From the NCBI GenBank assembly GCA_020536535.1, contig JAHLWZ010000030.1:1-55182 (forward strand): 55,182 bases of DNA, in the 5' to 3' direction. The DNA is from Pelomyxa schiedti. Taxonomy: Eukaryota > Protista > Evosea. Position numbers and translations under genes: made by a program. Every line of letters starts with the position of its first letter. Positions within the stretch are counted from its first letter, which is position 1. Shown one piece after another: positions 46,770 through 55,182 of the stretch. A model generated the notes under the pieces. That model did no database searches, was not told the DNA's origin, and was given only the letters and a program-made list of their open reading frames with translations.

Positions 46770-49700
46770 ATGAGCAACCGTGCTCCTGGTCGTCATCAAA
46801 TGCGCTTTGATCACGTATTTTTGTGACTGGGTCCGCAAGGACCCTTTTTATGAAATCAAATAGAAGACCCTCTTTGTGTTTTTGATAAACAGAATTCTTT
46901 TTATTTTTTCTGGTCATGGCGTGGTGGGTTGGTGATGCGTCTCTGGGGTATCGATTGTAGTTGCTGTTGCACTTGAGTTAACAAAAAAAGCAGGTACCGG
47001 TGCTTGTGTGCGAGTGACGACGGTGTGCAATTGTGGGATGCCGTAGGAGCAGGTACCCTTAGGCAAACGATTGGGGTCGGCGCAGTATGTGGCACACCGA
47101 CCACCTTGTCTCTTCATCCCGATGTATGCGTTTTTTTTTTTTTTTGTTTTGTTACTTACTTTGAGTGTTTGTAGGGCAAGCATATGTGCATTGGCACTAA
47201 GGAACACACTGTTTGGGTGTATGTTGTCAAGGCAGGGCCGTCACCTGATCAGCAACTGGAGCTGGAACCTGTGTCTCAGGTTCTGAGGACCACACTCCCT
47301 GTCACGTTTGTGCAGTTTACGCAGACGCGCATAGTGGTCGGCTGTGAGTAGGTTCTACCTTCTACGTAGTTCTAATTAACATTATACTACATTCCTGCTT
47401 TTCTTGTAGCATGCTTAAAAAAATCTTGTGAAGGGACGGTGATATCAGATTACTTCCGTGGCCGTTAAATGCCTCCTCTGAACTCACCTCCTCTGCTGAA
47501 GTGTTTAAATCACCTCTAGGCCTTCTCGTATTTGGTTCTGTCAATAAAAGTGAAACTCAACTTGTAGGTTCTACAACTCCAATATCGAACCATTTGAACT
47601 TTTGACTAGTTCTTCACACTAGGCAGCCTTAACATCTGACAGGACGTTAGTTGTATTTGAGATCTCCTCAAAGCAAATACTGCACAACAGACCTGGAAAG
47701 TCTCCTCTCACGAAGTACTCAGAAATATGTTACCAAACCTCACCTTCTTACAAAAGGAAACTCACGAATGTTGCTTTGAGTTGGGACTCCTCAGGAAGTC
47801 TATTATTTGTGCCAAGTGGGATAGGTTTCCTTTAGATCCTTTTGATCGTTTTGAGAACTTCCTGTAGAAGTTGCAGTTCTTGATACCTCTAATTGGAAGG
47901 AAGTTACTTCGTATGTTGTAAGCTATGACATGGTGTGCACAGCCACTTTTTTTCCTGACTGATTTTTTTCTCCAGGAAGTTACTCATGCACTTTTCGAAA
48001 CTTCAGCAAAAGTTTTATGTACTGTTGCTTCTGATGGCGAATCTTATGAGCTGTCCATGTGGGGTTACCCACAACAAAAGAAATTGTTCAAGTATGGGCA
48101 AGGGTGCAGGCTCGTTATCAAAGAACCTAATTTACCTTGAAGGAACCAGTGCAACAGTGTTCGACATATATCATGGTCACCAAATGCACACTCTCTTGCT
48201 GCGGTACCCGCTCTTATGTCAACCCAAAATGACTTTTTTTTTTAAGGTCACACCTCAAGGTGTATCGTTCTTCGCGAATGCTGCAGAATCGAAAAAGCCG
48301 AAAACCCCGGAGAAGAGTGAAACTACTGCCTCCAGTGAAAGTGAGTCAAGTGAGGAGGAAGCAGATAGCATGCTTGACCTTGCAGCAAAAAGTGTCCATG
48401 GTTTCAATCGTTACATAAATTCGCCTCTCATATTTTCAAAGGTGATATCGATGGGAGTTTGTCGGAATCATCAGAAGAAAGCAGTGATACAAACACTAAA
48501 CCAAATTCAGAACTACCACCGAAGAATAAAGAAAAGGAGAATATTGACGACAATGAAAAGTCAGCGATACAAGAAGATGAAAATGACTCGTTTGTCGTTG
48601 AGGGTAGGAATCCTTGAAAAAACGCTCTAAATTTACAAGGAACAGATGACATCAAAGTCATAGAGAATAAACCAAAAGGGCATACCCCAGCACCCTTTCA
48701 TCCCATCCTCCAACCCGACTCATTCCAACCAACTGCAACTCCCTGGCGACAGAAACAGCGGTTTTTGAGTATTAATGGATTAGGTTCCATAATCACCATC
48801 GAAGACCATGACGCTAACAACATTGTCATTGAATTAACAAACCACAAGAAGACCTTCATCAAAGACACAAGCGTGTTTTCTGCTGCAGCTCTTGGTTTAG
48901 CACCCCGATCATTTTCTTCTGGTAACTTCACAATTAGCTTCATCTGCTGCTGTATTTGCCACCGAACACCTAGTCAGCGTGAAATTATACAATGGTGCAA
49001 CTACCCCTCCAATTCACACAGCTGTAAGTGAATGGACAAGAGTATTCCCTCAAGAAGATCCAATCACCTGTATGAACGATTCAACGCCACCTCTCCGCAC
49101 GCGAATTTTTTATACAATTTAGGTCTTGCAATGAATGAAAAGGTTGTTGTAATAACCTCACAGTCTTTTCTGTACATGTTCACTCTGACTGGAATTCAAA
49201 TTTTCATGAGCGTTCTTTGTGGAAAAGCTTTGTGTCTATGTGCCAAAGCAACGCGCGCTGCCCTGGCCTATTCATCCCAATGTATGCTTCTACGAATTTG
49301 CTACAGTTCACCAACGAATAATAGCTGGGCAGTGTTATTTCACTGAATTCGATACCTCACTGTCACACGGTGTTGTGGAAATTATCAGTCAGGGAATGTT
49401 ACCCCAAAACAACATTAAATGGTTTGGGTTTTCTGATGAGAATTTAGTACGTTATGTTATCATTTTCAGTACTCCCAATTGACTGTCCAAAGGATCTTCT
49501 ATGTGAAGATTGTAAGGGAATGCTATGCAAAAAAACTCTCGCATCAAGTACTGATACAAACAGTACCCTGTGGGTACCAGTCCTGGTTCTAAAGCCTAAT
49601 CAGTGGCTCGTAGATGTTACTAGCACAGACTCGGCTTTGGTGGCAAAGTGTGAGGTATACAAGTCTGTTGTCGATGAAAAAATTAACATTTCAACGGCAG

Positions 49701-50949
49701 GAAGGAAAACACTACCCAACTACCACTCCACTTCCTCTCTTCGTATTGATACCGTTTTTTGTCCCTCTTTTAGCCGAGTCGCATCCTCAGGAGGAGGAAA
49801 AGTACCTCTCCTGCTGCATGAGCCTGAACAGTGCCATTTCCACAATATGGCCTACAGATACTGATTGGCGCAACACCGCAAAGAAGCTGACTGAGATTGA
49901 TGTAGTTCTTTACCAGCTGTTCAAAGTGAGACCTTTTCCTTGGATATTCCTCACTCACTATTCACCCAATTTTCAGCATGCCTGTTCTACTTTCAATCAC
50001 GACCGGGCTGTGGACTTGTGCAAGCAAATGTATCTCCCGAAAGGTATTCAGATGTGCCAGAAATATGCAAATGATCAGAGGCAAATCGGGCTCGCAACAA
50101 GGATACAAGAAATTCTCGTATGGTCTAGCTTTTTCCCTTGAGTTAAAATTAACTCAAAAAACTTCAGGAGGCCAAAACAGCCGGCGTTGAACCTCTTCCA
50201 GCAGCGGCAACCCCAGTTGACAAGTATCAACCCCCTCTCAATCCCCCGAAACCCATTTTCATTTTCCTCGCAGGGTTTGCCACAAAGCCTTCATGCCATT
50301 TCACCCACACCCCACTCGCACCACCACCGCGGATTCCTCCGCCAACAGCAACGCCAATCTCAGCACCGCCTCTCCCACGCCTTCTCCCTCTCCACCACAA
50401 CCTCAACCGCAACCAACAGATAGCAGTTGTAGTACATTACCGCAACCGGCACCAATCTCAACCACAAACAAACCCGAACCACTCGCACCATCTACTAGTT
50501 CCACCAAGACCACAAAACCCACACCGGTACCAACCCGGTCCGCATCCATACAACAAACGCTGCAAGGGGTGAGGCTATCTAGTCTACTAAGCCGGCCGGC
50601 CGTGGCCACCTCTAAGCATAACAATAACAACACAAGCACTCCACAAAAGCAGCAAAGTGCTGTGGCTCCTCCTACGCCGTCAGCCTCAGGATCAACACCA
50701 ACAGGGGATGCCTCCAATCAGGCAAACGGAAGCACTAACACAACTACAACCAGTGCTAGTGCCAACGCCAGCAGTGATCAAGCTGTTCCTGCGCAGGTGG
50801 AGCAGTCATCATCGTCACCATTGGGTGCATTGAGTGCTCTGTGTGCTGCATCTTCAGCGAGTAGTGGTGCTACATCAGACAGGAAGAGGCCAAAGCTGTC
50901 ACCTACTGCAACAAAGCAAAAGACCCCAGCAAAGAGGGGCAGGTGCTAA
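46770..50949 (+). CDS. WDHD1: WDHD1/AND-1/Ctf4-like replisome hub (WD40 + SepB + helical domain, low-complexity tail; no HMG box seen)
   Basis: Spliced WD40 strands (VQLWDA, VWVY, LSWDSSGSLLFVP); SepB signature QPDSFQPTATP..RFLSINGLGSI..IVIEL..FIKD..FSAAALG; LWVPV; helical AVDLCKQM..IQMCQKYA..LATRIQEI. Start inferred (MSNR..MRFDH). Confidence 0.75.
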
Positions 50950-51043
50950 ACCCAGTACAAATTCAATAAGTGATGCCATTTGAAAGGAGAAAGAAAAGAG
51001 AAGGTGAAAGTTTATTTACTAGTTGTTGGGTGGCTTGGGGTGT

Positions 51044-51903
51044 TTAATTAAGCACACGGTTGAATCGTCGTCCAAAAAAGACTCCGCCTGTAGAAGAGTG
51101 AGTGTTTGCTCGAGAGTTTTATTCGCCGTAATACCTCTGAGAGTTGCTTTGACGTTTCTCTCGAATTCGGCCGGACGGGAGACCATGCTATCGGCGGCTT
51201 CTGCAGGAAAATCAATGAGCGGAACACGGAGTGTGAGTGAATTGCCTTTGTTAAGGGGATCATCTGCATTGGGTTCCAAAAACAAGTGAAGTAGACCAAA
51301 AATGACTGCGCCAACGCTCAAAACCGGCATCCAATCTTGTCGCAAAATGTTCAAGCAAACCTGAGGGGAGTAAGTGCTTGTAGCTCGGAGCTGTGGCGAG
51401 CTTACGTGGCCTTCCCAGTCAATGTTGGGGTGATAAATTAAAGTATCGCAATGAACTTTTGGGGGATCATAGGGGTATGTGGCTGGAACCTTAACAGAGA
51501 AAATGAATTCTCCTCCGGCATAGAGACCCTCGGGTGGCTTTACTTTGACCTGCGCGAGTTAATATACTTTGCAGTTATCGATGACTGTGGGTAATTACAA
51601 TGAAGTGCATGAAGTTCGTTGGATCAGGAAACGTTATAGTAGTACCAGGACACCGGTCCATCTCGGAAATGTCTATATATTTAAGAACGCGGCACCGAGA
51701 GCACAAAAAGTACCTTTTTGACAGCGCATTTCAGCCATCGCCCTTGCCCTGTCTCCGGTCCTAGCTGCTGGCGGCGAAGTCGAAGGAGGTGACGTGGCAG
51801 ACCCGGTCGAATGTGACGACGATGTTGTGGTCGTAGATCCGGATGCGGACGCGGCAGCCTGTTGCTGCCGCTGTTGCTGTTGCATCTGTCGTAACTTGAG
51901 CAT
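51044..51903 (-). CDS. UBC12: NEDD8-conjugating enzyme Ubc12/UBE2M
   Basis: MLKL N-terminus; AEMRCQK; PPEGLYAGGEFIFSVKVPATYPYDPPKVHCDTLIYHPNIDWEGH|VCLNILRQDW (catalytic Cys); LFLEPNADDPLNK|EAA; RG|GVFFGRRFNRVLN*. Confidence 0.9.
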
Positions 51904-52018
51904 CGCTGTTTGATCACCACTCAACTTTTTTTTTTATTGTTTTTCCAGATTTCAAGCGAAAAATTACAAGCCAGATCTGAATTACAAACTCAGAGACGCC
52001 TTTGACCTTGGCAATTAC

Positions 52019-53316
52019 TCAGTCTTTGCCAGAGAGGGAGTCATTGTACTGGATAACAATTTGTCTGTAGATGTAATCCCACAATTCCTTCAAGCCAGCG
52101 CCAGTTTTAACGCTGATGTTGCTGCACAGAACAACATTAGTTTCACCTGATTTAGGTGTGTTCTAAAGAATATGGGAAACACACAAAGTGCTGTAGACGC
52201 CGCGGTCCAGAAGGCTCTAATTTGTGTGTTAATTGTATCATGGCAAACAAACAAAGAGAGAAGCTACCTGAACATTGGGGGGTATGCGTGGTATGCAGTC
52301 AATTTTGTTTCCAACGAGGATGAGCTCCGCGCCTAAGTCCGGTTGAGAAAACCTGCGGTAGTGTGAGTTGATTATGTCCCAAGGTATGGTGAATGTCAGC
52401 TCCCAACATATCAAATGCGGTTATCCATGATTGCAAGTTTTCACCGGGATTCTGAACATCGTAAAACAGAAGGCCGAATGAAGCCCCTCGGTAATGGGAA
52501 CCTGTCCGAAGCGTTGCTATCTTTCTATGTGTTGAAGTTATCTTACTTGATGTGTTGGTCTTATCAATCAACAACGGGAACACATTGTTAGGAGTTTATA
52601 TGGTTGATAACAAAGGGGGAGGGGGTGTAGTTACATGATCTCCGGGGGTGTCATACTGTGTTGACTGTGAGGGACACAATTCACATGATTGTGAGGGGGG
52701 GTTGTTACCATTATTATCTCACCGTTCAAATTCTCCAGATATTTGATAAACTGCGGAAAAAGTACCTTTAGAATGGCTCTTGTTGAGTGTGAATGAATCC
52801 TTACCTCTGCCTGGGGTGATGCGAGCGGATATCCTTGTTCCTTTTTCCCATCAAATTCAAATGCAACAAAGTAAGGAACTACACACCGCAAAGAGACAAC
52901 AAAACGAAGTTTTCCCAGCCCCATAATCTGCAGATCGCAAGGTGCGGTTAATTCGAAAAAGTGAGCAAGACAGAACAACCTCCCAACAGAGACAATTTAA
53001 CGCGAGGGTGCGTCCCCACACAAAGTTTTGGTCTATCTGCCAATCGCGGTCAGTATTCTGGGCAAGTCCAAGGCCAAAGGGCCATCATCAACCAAAAGCA
53101 ACAACACATACACGTAGGACTTGCCGGTGGCGCTGCAGTAGCAGTAGCAGAAGCAGTAGTAGTAGTGGTTGTGGTTGCGGGTTTTGCTTTTGTAGTTGTG
53201 GCTCTTTTCGGTTCATCGGTTGGTGGAACCACGTTGAGGGTGTTGCGCCCATCGCCACCACCATTACCACCATCACCACCATCGCCGCCACGTTTTTTTG
53301 GTGAGCAGTTACCCAT
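52019..53316 (-). CDS. Atypical Rab-like small GTPase paralogue 1 with MGNC N-terminal acylation signal (many short introns)
   Basis: Spliced G1 KLSLLG|DYGAGKTS; G3 YDTPGD; HYRGASFGLLFYDV; G4 LILVGNKID; G5 NISVKTG; ends QYNDSLSGKD* with no CaaX. Confidence 0.8.
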
Positions 53317-53527
53317 TTTTCGGTGGTGTGATGCTAGCTAACCAAAACTGTGGGGACTGACGAACTTTATGAAATATCTAAGTTACTGACTTAGTTTCTT
53401 AAAACTTTATTAGGATGGTTCTGGGTGATGCTTGTTTGTGCAGCTGCTGCTTTGCTTTTTACAATACGTGTACAGGCCCATGGGGTAAGGCCAGAGTTTG
53501 TAGGTGAAGTACTCTGTTGGGAGCTGC

Positions 53528-54719
53528 CTACGCATCGGGATCAAGGGATTCATAGTACTGAGCAACGATTTGTTTGTGAATGTATTCCCACAGTGCATCC
53601 ACACCAGCACCAGTTTTAACGCTGATGTTGCTACACACAACAGTAAAACAGATGATCATTGAGCTCAAAAAAAAGGAGATTGGAAACACACAAAGTCTTG
53701 TGCACTCCGCCACGCAGAAGGATCTAGGATAGTAATAGGGATGTGAGAAGTCACATCGAGTAACAGACAAAGGAGGTGTACCTGAACATCGAGGCCCACA
53801 CAGGGAACGAGGTCAATTTTGTTGCCAACGATGATTAGCTCTGCGTTCGGGGGAGAATTCCTACAGATGAAGGTTGGTTGTGTCCAGGGGTGACTGTGAA
53901 AAACCAAACCTAACAAATCCGTCGATCCATGATTGTAAGTTAACACCGGGATTCTTAACATCGTAAAAAAGCAGGCCGAATGAAGCCCTTCGGTAATGCG
54001 TACCTGTGTAAAAGTGTTGTTTTATTTCTATGTGTTGAGGTTATCTTACTTGATGTGTTGGTCTGTTATGAATCAATGTGTTACCGCCATTGAGTTAGGT
54101 TTTTATATTGTTGATAACAAAGGGAGAGGGGGGTGTAGTTACAAAATCTCCGGGGGTGTCATACTGTATTGACTGTGAGGGACACAATTCACATGATTGT
54201 GAGGGGGGGTTGTTACCACTATTATCTCGCCATTCAGATTCTCCAGATATTTGATAAACTGTGGAAAAACAACCCTTAGAATGGCTCTTGTTGAGTGTGA
54301 ATGAATCCTTACCTCGGCCTGGGGTGCTGGCAGTGGGTATGTTATGCCCTTTTTCCATCAGATTCGAAGGATAAAAGTAAGGAACTACACACAGAAAAGA
54401 GAGAACAAAACGAAGTTTTCCCGGCACCAGGATCTAACATCGTTAGTTCTTCTAGAGGTAAGAATGGAACCACCTCCCAGCAAAGCTATTTTCTCACAAG
54501 GGTGCTTCCCCACATCAGGTTTTGGTCTGTCTGCCCGACAGGTTTAGTAGTTTTTCTTCTGTTTAAAGCAGACAACATACAGAGAGGGTTTCTAGTAGGC
54601 GCAGGAGTAGCAGCAGTTGTTGCTGTTGTTGCGGATTTTCTTTTCGAGTTGTCTGGTACTACAGTGACGCCTCCAACACCACCATTTTTTGGCCTACTTT
54701 TCGTTAGGCAGTTGCCCAT
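53528..54719 (-). CDS. Atypical Rab-like small GTPase paralogue 2 with MGNC N-terminus
   Basis: G1 KIALLG|DPGAGKTS; G3 YDTPGD; G4 LIIVGNKID; G5 NISVKTG; ends ESLDPDA*. Same exon structure as paralogue 1. Confidence 0.8.
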
Positions 54720-54809
54720 TCACCACTAGGGTTTTTTTTTGTTTGTTTGGTTTTTTGGACACAGAGCCACTTAAGTTTGTTCTTTTGGGAAGTTGGTTGC
54801 GGGTTATTC

Positions 54810-55182
54810 CTAGAAGCAGAGGTTTGATGGTGCCTTGATACATATCTTGCATAGGAAGCCATCAGACAAGTTGTCGATGAGCCACTCCAGCTCCCGGTTG
54901 GCGTTGCTGCTAGCGTTGTTGTTGTTGTTGTTGTTGGTGGTTGCCGTGATGCTGCTGGCCGATGGCCCAGGAATAGTCGTCGGTGCCAGCGCGGTTGGTG
55001 TTGATGACGTTGTTGTTGTTGGTGATGCTGATGATGCTTGTGATAACGACGATGTGCCGGTTGCTGCTGCTGCTCCTGTTGTTGTTGTTGGTTGTGGTGG
55101 GGTAGAAGATGGAATTCTGACTGTCGAATCGGAATCGGTGTGGTTGGGGTATGGGTATTTCGGGGTTGGTGATGGAAGCGGG
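54810..55182 (-). CDS. 3' end of a gene entering from the right edge: S/T/N low-complexity region ending in LCKICIKAPSNLCF*
   Basis: Stop-free frame from 55181 to TAG at 54810-54812; no start in the window, so absent from the ORF track. Confidence 0.55.
   Translation of the reverse strand, partial: PLPSPTPKYPYPNHTDSDSTVRIPSSTPPQPTTTTGAAAATGTSSLSQASSASPTTTTSSTPTALAPTTIPGPSASSITATTNNNNNNNASSNANRELEWLIDNLSDGFLCKICIKAPSNLCF

Noticed and set aside
51044-51903. Functional clustering of UBC12 with the putative F-box-like HxRxG genes (cullin-RING module)
   Set aside because: About 25 kb apart with unrelated housekeeping genes between them; eukaryotic proximity alone is not evidence, and the F-box assignment is itself unproven.

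Overview
Compact, intron-rich eukaryotic (amoebozoan) genomic DNA. Expanded 'HxRCG'-motif genes and Dictyostelium-like Roco/CAR genes suggest an archamoeba such as Pelomyxa; this is an inference from recalled motifs, not a database result. Positions 1-39.4 kb hold a tandem array of eight minus-strand paralogues (A-H, about 4.4-4.6 kb each, 7 exons with conserved intron positions). They share the architecture [degenerate Ras-like domain]-[~2 LRR]-[degenerate Roc]-[COR]-[pseudokinase]. By hand splicing, C, E, F, G and H look intact. B has two frameshifts, D is a multiply rearranged pseudogene, and A is partial. All three ancestral catalytic modules have lost their key residues, while the Ras switch-I loop and the kinase activation segment are hypervariable. 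Four members of a second lineage-specific family ('HxRxG' motif) are interspersed in the array. Positions 39.4-55.2 kb hold a cAMP-receptor-like GPCR, a SAP-like protein, a CTL/SLC44 transporter, WDHD1/Ctf4, Ubc12, two tandem N-acylated atypical small GTPases and the 3' end of a further gene. There are three 100-N scaffold gaps, two of which look spurious (121-bp overlaps). No rRNA, tRNA, CRISPR array or transposon was recognised. All alignments and splicing were done by eye.
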